A stretch of DNA of 64,000 nt from Corallochytrium limacisporum Hawaii (taxonomy: Eukaryota > Protista > Pluriformea): assembly GCA_002811645.1 (NCBI GenBank), contig PDIP01000103.1, forward strand, positions 18,563 through 82,562, in the 5' to 3' direction. Position 1 is the stretch's first letter. Every line of letters starts with the position of its first letter. Below, one piece after another: positions 33,598-45,800 of this stretch. Under the pieces are notes generated by a model, which saw only the letters and a list, made by a program, of their open reading frames with translations, did no database searches and had not been told where the DNA came from. A program made the translations under genes and the position numbers.

Positions 33598-35398
33598 ACT
33601 TCTTGTGCTGTTGTGATCTGTTGATGAAATAGAGGTGCTGATCTAACAGACTTTCTTCTTCCGTACCTTTTCTATCGTACCACTGCTTTCTGGCCGCAAA
33701 ACTGTACAAGCGAACTTCGCAGACACTGCTCAACCGTGACCAGTGCAATAACCTGCAAAGAGGCTCACAGTTCTCCGTGTCTCTTCTTTACCGACGTCAA
33801 GTCTCTGTTTTTGGGGGTGGGGAACTGGTTCCTATTCACAGATTCCCGGAAAGAATGGTAACATAGGCTTGCTCTCCCTTGATTTACAATTTACTCAGCT
33901 GTAGATTCTCTTTCCTTGCCTCAAGTGGTCACGATCTACAGTCTGAAATAGCCACTGGTCTGATCTGGAGGCATCGTTTGGTTCCATTTCGTCATGTTCT
34001 CGGCGGCCATTTCCAGGCCCAGAGGATAAGGTCGCTACGATATCATAGTGACGCGGACAAAAATGAAGAAACTTCGAACGGAAACGCACGAACAGGCCCC
34101 CAAAGACACAAATGTCCCGCGAGTCACAGAGGAACGGATCGATCGCCGGTTTATTACTCCCGCCGTCTCACCAACTGCCCACCCCCCCCTCCCCACCAAC
34201 GCTAACCCCCCAGCCAACGTCCAGCGCGTACTGACACTATGGGAGAAGGAACCAAAGAAAGAATACCAAAAAAAAGAAAAAAGAAAGAGAAAAATGGACC
34301 GGTCGCTGGGGGCGGTCAGGAGTCGGACAAATAGTAAAACACCGTCGTCCCCCCCCCCCTCTCCGGTACTGGGCGGAGCGTAAGGCAGGGACGAGGGGAC
34401 GACCCGGAGAGAAGGGAGAGGTGGAAAGGGGGGGGGAGTTTGGGGTTGGATGCGCCGCCCCTCTTTGTCGAGGAAGGGGGGTGGTGGCCAGGGGCCCCAC
34501 CGGGACCTCTTAGGAACCCGAGGCCTCCATTGGACCATTGTCGCTATTGAGTACTACTCACCACCTTTTCTTTTTCTCCCCTTTTGCCGTTTATTTTTTT
34601 TGGTTCTTCTTTATTCTGTCGTCTCTTTTGTTTGATAGTTTTTACTGTTCCTTCTGCCGGAGCTCCCTTGCTTGCTGTCTCGAAGGAACTTGGGGCTACT
34701 ACTCCTTATCCAGAGATAAAAAAGAACAGCACTTTCCCTCCTTTGTAAAGTATATTAAAAAAGGGAGGGTTCTTTAGTCTTCTGCGTTTCTCTCCTCCAT
34801 AGATACTCCAGGGGACCAACACAAAAAAAAAAGTTGGAAACCGAGGGGCAGAAAAAAAGGGTTAGAGGGTACGGACGGTGCCTTCCAATCCTCTCCCCCT
34901 CCCCCTCCCCCAACACCGAAACCTTCGCCTCTTAAAAATTCATAATCTTCAAAAAATAAAGAAAAGTGTTCGGCGGCGGGAAAAGCCAGGAGCCACCCCC
35001 CCCCCCGGGGGAGCAGGGGTGGTTCTTTCCGGACGAGTGTTTGGGGGGGGCCGTCGGACTGCCGTAGCTATGGCAAATATATGGCATTTTTTCTTCTAAA
35101 TACCACTCTATCTTCCCTAATCTCCAGCAGCAGCCCTCCCCCTATCTCTTCGCAGTCTTTGTTGTTCTCTACAGGGGCCCATTGTTTGGCGCCATATTCC
35201 AATGGAAAATCACGTACCTAAAGTATGGGAATTGCGAAGAACTAGCACTGTTAATTGGAGATCTCGAATTATAATAATACCGTATGTTTATAAATCATTT
35301 TCTACATAATATATATAACAGTATATGAATTATTTCCAGAGTTTACGCATACTTATAAACAGTCCCTGTGCGCGGCGAAGCATTTGCAACAAATCTGA

Positions 35399-35434
35399 CC
35401 AATAGAAGGCTCTATACATACCCAACTATCCAAT
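35399..35434 (+). promoter_or_regulatory. Pair of CCAAT boxes 31 bp apart in the divergent Ras/RPL32 intergenic region
   Basis: GACCAATAG (CCAAT at 35399) and ATCCAATCA (CCAAT at 35430). The spacing of about three helical turns resembles tandem NF-Y sites. Sequence match only. Confidence 0.3.
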
Positions 35435-36116
35435 CACAACGAAATGACACACTGCCACCCCCCCCCCCCGGGGGGAAGATATTTTAAAACTCTCCGGATG
35501 TGCATGTCCCGCCCGGGCTGTTTTCACACACAACACGCCCCCGCAACTAACACACAAAAAGAAAATCTATCCAAATTTTTTCCAATGCTGAGAAAGAATT
35601 AACTGCTTTTCTTGGGTGCCCATTTTCGGGACCGAATCCACCACCGGTGTATTTTATAGTAAAATAATGGGAAACGTCAAGCCATCAATCTCAGTACTAA
35701 ATATACTAGAATGCCCTTCTTTTCGTACTCAATGTATTGGGCTCCGCAGACCCATTTGGGACCGACCTGATGGTCTTGCATGGATTCAAGTACCGAAAGT
35801 ACCGCTGTGCCGCGACAGTGAACCATACTGCCCAATGGGCAAATGAACCTTAAGAGTACTGAATGCATGGGCTGTGCTCCTTACGAGACACTTATGGTCA
35901 CTTTCACGGCCTATGAGCCTTTCCAAGCAACTTGAGTATCGAAACGAATGGGATATGATACACACATTGCATTACTCATTCCTATGCCATTATAATTTGT
36001 CACAAACACATTTAAGATCACGTACTTGAATAAACAAGAAGTCCATGACCAGTGAAGTATCTCTTGTAGAAGATCATTCCGGGATATATTCGGGTAATCT
36101 GATATAAACTATCAAG

Positions 36117-36518
36117 ATGGTGTTGCCTCTCAAGAAGCGTCAGATCGTTAAGAAGCGTACCAAGAAGTTCATTCGCCACCAGAGCGATCGGTATGACAAG
36201 CTGAGCCAGAACTGGCGCAAGCCCAAGGGTATTGATAGCCGTGTCCGTCGTCGTTTCCGTGGTGTCTACCTGATGCCTTCCATCGGTTACGGATCCAACA
36301 GCAACACCCGTCATGTCCTGCCCGACGGGTTCAAGAAGTTCTCCGTGAACAACGTTCAGGAGCTCGAGATGCTGCTGATGCACAACCGGGTCTACGCTGC
36401 CGAGATTGCCCACAACGTCTCCGCCAAGAACCGCAAGGACATTGTTGCCCGCGCCCAGGAGCTCGGAGTTAAGGTTCTGAACCCCAAGGCCCGCGTGCGC
36501 TCCGAGGAGACTGCATAA
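36117..36518 (+). CDS. RPL32: 60S ribosomal protein L32 (eL32), 133 aa
   Basis: [32 protein letters not shown]; strongly biased codon usage. Confidence 0.99.
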   Translation: MVLPLKKRQIVKKRTKKFIRHQSDRYDKLSQNWRKPKGIDSRVRRRFRGVYLMPSIGYGSNSNTRHVLPDGFKKFSVNNVQELEMLLMHNRVYAAEIAHNVSAKNRKDIVARAQELGVKVLNPKARVRSEETA

Positions 36519-37379
36519 ATTTATGGTCAATTGGTTTAGAAGTATTAGCAAAGATCACCCTTGGGTATTTACCAATGTTTTCGCAGACCGTGGCATTGTG
36601 GCCTAGCTTACACAATTCTCTGACGGAAGGGTTTACCCAGGTCGAGCATCAATCACAACACATTTCCTATTTTCAGACGACCAACTGAATTCGGTCGTCT
36701 GTAAATTCAACATCTCCATGAGCACATACTCGCATGCAACATAACACAAGCTGCACAGATGTTCAATTGGGCTTTCTGGGGTCCCTTCCCTGAGCACTAT
36801 AGCATATGTGTGCAGTTGCTGTATTTAACATATTTACGTTTCGTAAATTTATCGTTTAAAATTAAAGTTCAAATAGCATATTTTAACATGACGTATCGTG
36901 TATGGTGTTTCTTGACGAGCGTTCTGGCTGCCTTCCATAGCTTCCGATCCTTCTCCTTGTGAGCAATCCACGGTTTCGGGTGTGATCCGCGGATACAAAG
37001 AGGTCATCGACATCTGGAAGCATTCCACCCAGGAAAGGAAGATGCGAAGCATTCTAGCCAAGAAAGGAGGATGAGAAAGCATCATAAGAACTGGACATCA
37101 AATTGCAGAAGTGGCTCATCATCAATGTCGGCCACGGGTCAATCTATCGTGGTTCCGCGCTCACTTGTGTGTCTCCAAATAACATCAAAGACCAACTCGC
37201 CTCGTTGACATGCGATGCACATGACACGACATCTCAAATGTGTTTTCCAGGGCAAAATTTCATGAAGCATTCTGACGGTATTTGTCTCTATGTATAATGA
37301 AGTATCTATTTATGGTGTGGTATGGTATTCGCGAAGCGTGTTACAATTAGTTTTCGATTTCATAAGATCTCGATTTCGT

Positions 37380-37649
37380 TTACTCTTGAGCAGCAGCTTC
37401 GCGTGCTGCCCGAGCAGCCTCGCGAGCATCCGAACGCTTCTTGCCAACGCGGTACATGAAGTCCTTGTAGCGGCAGATCTCATAGTCATGCTTCAGGTGG
37501 TGGCATGCGTTCATACTGTAGTTGTTCTTGATGCGGCACTCATTCAAGGGGATGAGAATGTGTGCGCATACATCCCGGAATGCTAAAGGAATTTTGGCAT
37601 TGGCCATTTCCTCTTCTGTGGCAATCTGCGGAAGCTGTTCTACCGGCAT
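37380..37649 (-). CDS. NDUFB7: Complex I accessory subunit NDUFB7 (B18), 89 aa
   Basis: ATEEEM..AKIPLAFRDVCAHILIPLNECR..C.HLKHDYEIC.Y.DF..R twin-Cx9C pattern. Confidence 0.95.
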   Translation of the reverse strand: MPVEQLPQIATEEEMANAKIPLAFRDVCAHILIPLNECRIKNNYSMNACHHLKHDYEICRYKDFMYRVGKKRSDAREAARAAREAAAQE

Positions 37650-38804
37650 ATTGATTTGTTCTCTTAACTATACGATTTTGTTATTGTTTACTGATGCTAT
37701 GCCCTCTCCTGGGTAAAACATACACTGACCAAACACTAACAATTAGCCACTAATACTTCCCTTGTTCGACTTACTCTATTACCAGGAACTGCTGGTCACA
37801 GGGGTTTCCCGGAACTGTATACAGAGCAGACCTATATTCGTGATGTAATCCGGGGTGCTAGTATACGCACAAACCTGCAAACAACCTACTACCAAATACC
37901 ATGTGTGTGATCTGTGTTGGCACACCGGGCACGAATAAACCTTCGGTAATGCGCTAATCGTTTACGCACTCGACAGCAATTTTAGTGCGATATTACCATC
38001 ATCATCCTTGGAATATACAAAACCATACCGTGCCACTGCAATCTGGGTACAGTAAGCTTCTCCTCACAGGCTTCAGCACCACGGGGCCATTGCTTCCTCC
38101 ACCCTGCAAGACTAGGCCCCTTGACCCCAATAGCCAATCTGCTGCCTAAACCACGGGTCTTCCCCCCCCCCCTCCGCGGCTTGACTCTGTGCGCGTGACC
38201 AAAATGGCTTTGGGCCAAGCTGCTAATTGTATGTAAGCCACACAGGGGCCGGATGGGGGGGGAGGGGAAGCGGGGAGGAGTAAGTAGGCCACTGGCTGAG
38301 AAAAAACACAAGTCCCTACGGTACCTCCTCTACACTTCAGTACCGGCGCAGGTTTCGAAAGCTTTGTCGAGTTTGTTTGTGTACGCGAACTGAAGAATCA
38401 ATCAGGGCAGGAAATCAACTGCTGGCGGATACATTTGATCCTTACCTGTTGGAGATTGATTGCTGGTATACTGAATCACAGTCCTTGTACGCCCACTCAC
38501 TGTAGTCCAGTGCACGGACTTGATTTATGTTTCAATCACATAATCAGTAGTAACCCAGTGTACCCAGTCACAGTGCGCTGAATCGGCACACAGGAGAAAA
38601 GCCAGTCCGGGCAGGGCCGTTCATGGTCCGAGGTTGTGGTCTTTTCGGTACCTGTTGGCCGATGGACACCAGTAGCTGTGTAAACGGGATCAGTTCGTAC
38701 CTCACCATCCCCATGATGTGGTAATTAAACGCCACCTTGCATGTGTGCTGATGGAATGTTACAGGCGTTTTGGTTTCAGTTTTCGAAATTTTGGGATCAG
38801 CATC

Positions 38805-39698
38805 ATGGCCAGCCACAAGGACGAAGTAGAGACCAAGGTCGCCAACTACTACGACTCGCAGGATGCGTCCATATTTTACGATAAAATCTGGGGTGGCGAG
38901 AGCGTTCATTTAGGTATTCATCCATCATGGAAGCTTGACAAGCTCAGCTCGGTCGAAGAGATCAAGATTGCTAGCGATGCAGCTGACGAGATCATGGCTC
39001 AGCAGATCCTGAGCATTGCTCTCCGCACTCCACCGACTGCTGAGCATCCTTGCCGGATCATCGACCTTGGATCCGCCCTTGGATCCCTGGCTCGCATGCT
39101 AGCCAGTGGATCTCCCCACATTCATGTCACCTGCTACGATATCTCCAAGGAAGAGAACGAAAAGTGCCGCAAACGCAACCGAGAACAGGGCCTGGACTCA
39201 CAAATCGAAGTCTATGATCGCAGCTTCCTCGATGTCCCCGCTGACCTCCCCAATGATAAGAAGTACGACTTCGTCATCTCCCAGGACGCTATGCTACATT
39301 GCACTGATCATATTGGCCTGATCCAGCGCATGGCTGGCATCGTCAAGCCTTCAGGCAACCTCATCTTCACAGACATCATGCAGAGCAGTCGCGTTAAGGG
39401 TGACGAGCTCAAGGATGTTTACGCTCGGCTGCATCTTGACCGCATGGCTAGTACGGACATGTATGTTTATGAATTTGCCAAGTACGGCGTGGAGCTCATG
39501 AGCTACCAGGAGCGGACCGACCACCTGGTTGCCCACTACGCTAGTACCAGACACCTCTTGGTCACCACGGGACGGGAACTTGGTGTCAGCCAAGCCTACA
39601 TTGACAGCGTAGGCACAAGCTTGCAGAGCTGGGTGGACAACGGTCGAAAAGGTTTGGTGCAATGGGGCTACTTTCATTTCCGCGCGCCCTTGGCTTGA
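38805..39698 (+). CDS. Class I SAM-dependent methyltransferase, sarcosine/dimethylglycine N-methyltransferase-like, 297 aa
   Basis: YYDSQDA..FY..IWGGE.VHLG, motif I IDLGSALGSLAR, DFVISQDAMLH, KPSG.LIFTDIM, and C-terminal L..WV..G..G..QWGYFHFR. Start at ATCATGG, 38805. Confidence 0.82.
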   Translation: MASHKDEVETKVANYYDSQDASIFYDKIWGGESVHLGIHPSWKLDKLSSVEEIKIASDAADEIMAQQILSIALRTPPTAEHPCRIIDLGSALGSLARMLASGSPHIHVTCYDISKEENEKCRKRNREQGLDSQIEVYDRSFLDVPADLPNDKKYDFVISQDAMLHCTDHIGLIQRMAGIVKPSGNLIFTDIMQSSRVKGDELKDVYARLHLDRMASTDMYVYEFAKYGVELMSYQERTDHLVAHYASTRHLLVTTGRELGVSQAYIDSVGTSLQSWVDNGRKGLVQWGYFHFRAPLA

Positions 39699-39829
39699 TG
39701 AGTTACCCAACCGAATCATCCGCATTTTTTGTAAAATTAGTCTGTAGTAGGCGGAAGAACCCGTACAATAAAAATACTAAGCGTGAAGGAATAATGTGTG
39801 CTTTTGTAAAGGAGTTTGTACTAGAACGA

Positions 39830-42800
39830 TCAGTTGTTGTCTACTACCTGTGAGGTCGAAAGGGATTCCTGTCCAAGATCATTGCCGTCAGTATCAGCAT
39901 AGAGATCAGCAAGCACGCGGGGTGCTACTTCGATGCGGTTCTGACGCAGAGATGAATTGAGGTGACAGCCCACGTCTTTCAAGCCAGCCGTGGCATTCGG
40001 ACTGTCGTTGGTCCCAGAATCAGTGAGCATGGAACCAGATAAGGCGCCACCACGAACAGGGATCGCCGCACGGTCCGGGGGCGGCCCACGCCGGGCTTGT
40101 TCTATGCTTTCGTTCAGTTTTGCAATCTTGGACCGCAACTGTTGTTCTCGATCGCGGATCTGCAACAACGTAGACGACTGTGGTAAATTACGGAGCTGTG
40201 CGGGTGCCAGGTTCTCGTTGCTTACTCCAGCACCACTCATGCGGTCGCGGGGCGGCCGACGCCGGGTGCCCGGCTCTGCAGGTGAGAGTAGGTGCTCTGC
40301 GTCGTGCTTGAGCCGCGTGATGCTCATACGCAGATCGTGGAGATCTTCCCGGTGCAGCTCGCCTTGCTGTCCAGCCTGTGCCACGGTCTCGGACAATTGC
40401 TTCAAGCGCTGATGCACAGTCTCTGCTGCCTTAGCCTGGCGTTCCGCATCTGCTATGGGGTCATTGAAGGAATAGGGAACGGCCGGTGCGCGGGAGTAAC
40501 GGAAGCCCGTATTCGTGGCATCGACGCGGACACGCAGTGGGCCCGATGGTGCAGCAGGGAGCGGGTGTTCGGTGCTATGATTGGCGTACTTGTTGCCAGT
40601 GTCAGAGGGCACATACCGGCCATCGTTGTGGTGACGGTTGCGCCTCATCAGAACCGCTGTGTCGAGATGGGCTGTCGGGATGTTCTCAAAGAGGGCAGTG
40701 ATGCTATCAATCTGGGCCGGTATACTTGCCTTTTGCATGCCCCTAGGAACCTCATCCTCTTCGGTAGTTAGATCATCGTTATTTTCGCGACGCATGGCAT
40801 TGATGAAACTGCCACGTTCCAGAATGGTTTGCAAAGTAACATTAGGCCTGGCAAACAGACGTCCGCGGAGATGACCACCTTCACCCGGCTGGCCATCTTC
40901 TAAGCTCTCAGCTGCGGCGTTGGCAGAGGTCAAGTTACCAGCCGGCAGGCGCAACAGGGGTAGCATGCACAGAAGGCGCTCTGGGCTACTGATGAAGCCC
41001 TTGGCGTGACTACCTTTGGTATGCTTAAGAATGTCGCTTAGGCCGGGCAAGGAGTGCTTGAGAAGCTTTGCGCGGCCTTCCAACTGCAGGCGACGGCGCG
41101 TAAGGATTGACCGACGCATCTCCAGCGCATCTAAACCCCTAATGAGTGCCCTTCGTAGGTTCTGCAGTGTGTCCTGATCGTACGTGGTACCCAAAACATA
41201 GTCGATCCGCTTTCCATCCGCCGACATGGCTGCACGCAGTGTGTGCTCCCCGGTGAAAGCCATGGAAATATTGGAGACGTTGCCGTCAGTGTTGAGGTTA
41301 CCGGCCTGGCCATCCTGCAGCTCTTGCAGATCCTTCAATCGGTCACGCAAAACTGTTTCCTGGGCATCCACGATGAGCGTCGAACGCACGGTGTCATCCA
41401 CCTGGCTAGACAGTGTGAAAAGCACCAGGGCCCACCAGATATCAATTATTGGCGGTTGTTTCGGATGGAACGTTCTGCTGCCAGCTTCTTTGTCTTCGGT
41501 TTTACCGTCCAGTCTGCCATCATCACTACTACTCTCCTCTTTCGGTATTGGATTCAGGAAGCGCTCGCATTCTAGGATACCACGTTCAGCACGGCGCAAT
41601 TTGCGTTTACTGATGAAGTCCTCTTCAAGGAAGAGAGCAATGGCTAATTCGATCTCAGCCCGTTGTTCCTCGATCATTTCTCGGAGTGGGCTACGCGCAA
41701 GCATCAGACGCTTACCAATCGCTTCGTTTGGCTCTACTGGCTGCGATCTGTGGTCATCAGAGGGCAACACATCATCATCAGGCCCAAGAATAAGGTCTTC
41801 ATGGCCCAAATATCCCTCCATAACGGCGGCACGGTCGAGAGCCAGCAAATCATGAATGACATCCCCGCGCACGGTAAGGTATCGCATCACTCGCTTGGCG
41901 AGCTCAGCACCATGGGCATTCAGATCTACACGCTGTTGACGGAGAGTGTGTTGTTGATGGACAATTTCTTTCCGCAGGCAGCAGGCAGCTGCTCGGCTGG
42001 AATCTTCGTGTCCTCGGTAAAGTGCTGTCAAACGTTGGTGTCTCAACTGCGTCAGTTCCCTCTGCATGGCTGCCAAACGCTGTTCGGCTATGGCGAGAGC
42101 TGTTTTGTCAATGTTTCCCGCATTGGAATCAGATTCATGCCTCAAGCCGTCCGAAGGCACGGCAATCCCTACCACGTTGCTGAGGCGTACGCTGTGGATC
42201 TGCATTCGCAGCTCAAATGCATCTATGTCCTGAGCCAGAACCTCCTCGGACTTTGTCATTCCTATAATTTCTGTCGCAAAAGTGTTCTTTTCGACAGTTG
42301 ACGGCTTGGAGGTAGGCGGGCGCTCTGGGTTCTCTGCCTTACTGATAACATCGGCCCTGGGTGTAGATACTTGCGGGGTCGTCTCTACCGTAACGGTAGT
42401 GGACTCCTCGTCGCAAAGAGTCCGCTGCTGGCCCACAGTTTGCACCGCTGAGTCCGTGGGCAGCTCGGTCTGGTAGCGGACAGTGCATGTACCATCAGCT
42501 CTGATGTCACTGACCATTCGCGACTGTGCCCTGCCTCCATTTGCTTCAGGTAGCTTTCCCGGCGTAGAACTGTTCCGTGCTCTATCAGGCGACGGCGAAG
42601 CAGCGCCCGGCGATATATAGGCTGGCGTGACTTTGCCTGCTGTCCGACTTGTTGGAGATACAGGAGTTGGCTCTGCAGCCGTTGCTGGTGTCAAAGGCCC
42701 GGCTGAAGCTGTTGGCTTGGCGGTACCTTTATCAGGTAGGGAAGTGCCCAAGGAGAGAATTCTTTCGGTAGCCTCGCGAGCAAAATCAAGACCTCCTGGC

Positions 42801-45800
42801 CACGCTGGTACCAGGGCCAGTAATGAAGGCACTGGTCTCCCATCTTTGGTGGTTGAGGGTTCAGATGGTCTCAAATGGTGCAAGACAGTCAGTTGTGCCA
42901 CACGACCACCTCGTTGAGCAATTTGGACAAGCGCTCCTTGAATATCATTGGCCAAGGATCGCAAGGCATTGGTCTCTTGTTGCACACGCTGCCGGTCTTC
43001 AGTGAAAAGGCGCCTGATATCTCGCATCTGCCCCGGAGTCCCACCTCTTAGGCGAGAAACCTCTCGACTTTCGCCTACAGCAGCCGGTTTGGAGGCAGCT
43101 TGGAGCAACTTCAGTGTCGTCCGCAGCTCATTCTTCTGGGTGTCGAGCTTGGCGCGTCGCTGGGCATACAATCGTTCAGATGGTTGCAGAGCCTGTAGGC
43201 GCTCAACCGTCTCGTTGTACTTAGGATTTCCCGGAGCTGCCTTCACCAGTTCATGTTCTTGCTCGTCCCAGTCTGACGCTTCCTCGACCGCCTCGGAAAC
43301 CACTGACTCGAGCCTTTTGGACGCGCCTGGCTGCTTGTCCTGACGCACTCGCTCAATTTGAGACATGGAAGCAACAGATCCCACAATTCCTAGTGGCGCT
43401 CTCAGCTCAAGCGTGTCGTCCACTACGTAATCATCTGGCAGTTCTTCAATGCGCAAAGCACTGGCAACTAACTGGCCCCAATGAGACGACACCACAGAGA
43501 GGTTTGATCGCAAAGTATGCAGTGACTGCTGCCTGCGATAGTGTGGATCATGGAGAGGTGGTGGTTTGAGCCCACCATCTCCTCCGGTGGGTTGCCCAAG
43601 CAAATCAACATGTTCCTCCGACAGCACGCCATGGGATGTAATACTGTTCAGTGCTTCGCCAGCCTGCGGCACATCCCACAGCTGATAAAGCTGGTCTGTG
43701 AGGTACACCAGAACCGACTCACTTTCCTCCAACGCTGCCGATGAAGGGGCCGTAACGACTTCATCGGCTGCGCTCGCTGGCGATTCACCACCGAGCACGG
43801 CCAGTCGATGATCAGCGGCTTCAGTGATGGTAAGAACGGTGTGCTTGCCAATTATTCTCTGCTCTTCCAGCTTCGTGTTACGCAGAACAGCAGCTTTTCC
43901 CATCCTACTCAGAACATGCCTCTCAAACTTTTTCAAACGTTTGATGTGCCGTTGTCGCACGGGAAGTAGGTTGCGTGTCAAGGGATCCAAGAGAACACCC
44001 TTCTTCTTCTGCTCTCTAGTTTCAACCACAGCTTCTTCAAGGTTCATCAATTCCCTGCGGAGATCCTCAAGTTGAATACGACAAGTTTCCCACTTATCAT
44101 TCGCTTCAGCAACTGCAAGCTGTGATTGCCGCATGTTTATCATGCTATCAAAAGCCCTCCGCAGGTCCGAAAATTGGGTCTGTGGATCAACAGGTGCTCG
44201 TACATTCTCTTCTACAACGAACACCAGGCCGTGCGCAGTCAAGTCATCCGTGGCCTGACGTTCAATCACAAACCGCCGCCGGCGCTGACTCTGGGCTAAT
44301 TCGTGCTTGTAGCGACGAACCTCTTCGCGCAGGAGCCGCTCTTCCTCCTCCCCGGCAGCTAGTGCTGTTTTGGCTGCATCGCAGGACTGGGACATCCTTT
44401 GCTTGAGTTCTGGATCCAGAGACAGCAAATCTGCTTTGGCTTCTACCTCCTTGCGTAGTTTGCTGAAGGCGTTCTTGTTAATTTCATTTTCTGTGATGAC
44501 TTCAAGGAGCCTGAGCATAGACTCACTTTCGCCCGCGGCTGCTTCAGCAATAGCCTTTTGTACGGCCTGTACAGAGTCTGACACCTGAAGTTTGCCCTTC
44601 GGGATCTCCACGTCAGATTCAGACCCAACAGACGCACAGTGGAGCACAGCACTGCTGGGAAAGTGCCGGAACGAGGAGCCAAAGCCTTGCACCTCAGCGG
44701 CTTCAGTTTGAGGGGTACTGGCAATCGAGGGTACAGTGGGCCCACTTGGAGCCAAACACACTTCGTTCACCGTGCTCTCACTTCCGGAACCTATGAGTAA
44801 TGAGGAACGTCGTAGGCGACGCGGATGTTTCCCGAGGCTGCGCAATGACCCTGTTGCCAAGGATTCCGTACCCGCTACAGCTGCAGGAGCAAAGGAGACG
44901 GATGATGAGCCTCGTGCACGATCCACAAGAGATGGCTTTGGCAAACTCAAAACATCAACGCTCTTGCGCTGCGAGTTTTCATCAGAGGAATATCTGTCTG
45001 TGTCTGGTATTTCGGGGACCGACGGTGCTGTCGGACCAGTGGAAGGTCCTTCTGATCCTTCTGAACGTCCTCTTGTGTTGTCCAGGGCCGCCGGAGGCGA
45101 CGTAACGTTTTGTTTTGCGGTAACGGGGGACCTGTTCGCGGTGTTCGACACTGATTCTACGGGAGGTGTGGTTACTGGCTCTACATCGGAGACGGTAGAC
45201 CGGAAATGCCCGAACGATTGTAACGCATCGGCACTCACGACATATGAGTGACTTCGCACATTTTTTGACTTCTTTCTCGGAGGGAATGCGGCGGATTGCG
45301 TGTGCTGTGCTCGTGCAGAGCCAAACCGATCAACAGACGACGTAGGTTGGCTCTGCGGTCTACCTTCGAAGGAAGAGACTGCACTGTGGAAAAGCATGCT
45401 TGAGCGGTTCATGCTAGTGTGGCCACCCAGAGATCCTGTGGACTTTGCTGTCGTCCAGTGTGTTGCCGTTGCTGTTTGTGGCACAAGATGACTCTGTGAT
45501 TTTTCTGACCAGAGTGCAGACTGTGACAGTTTTGGCACATTTGTTTCCTGTGCCATCCTCTGATCAATCATTTGCCCCAGGCGTTCCGCAAGTGACGAGG
45601 TACGAAGTCCGCGCCCACCTTGCTTTGGTATCAGTAATCCGAGGCTGGAAGTTTGACGAGCTTGCGCATCCGAAGATAGCCTATCCTGGGTTGCCGTATC
45701 GATGCTGGACCTCATGATTTCTGATGCGCTCTGGCGGACGCCAATCTGATGCGCCAAGCTTGCATCTGACGTTCCCAAGTCCACGGTGATCTCGGGTATT

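Noticed and set aside
36674-36701. 9-bp hairpin CAGACGACC/GGTCGTCTG downstream of RPL32
   Set aside because: A single short stem with no family features; could be chance.
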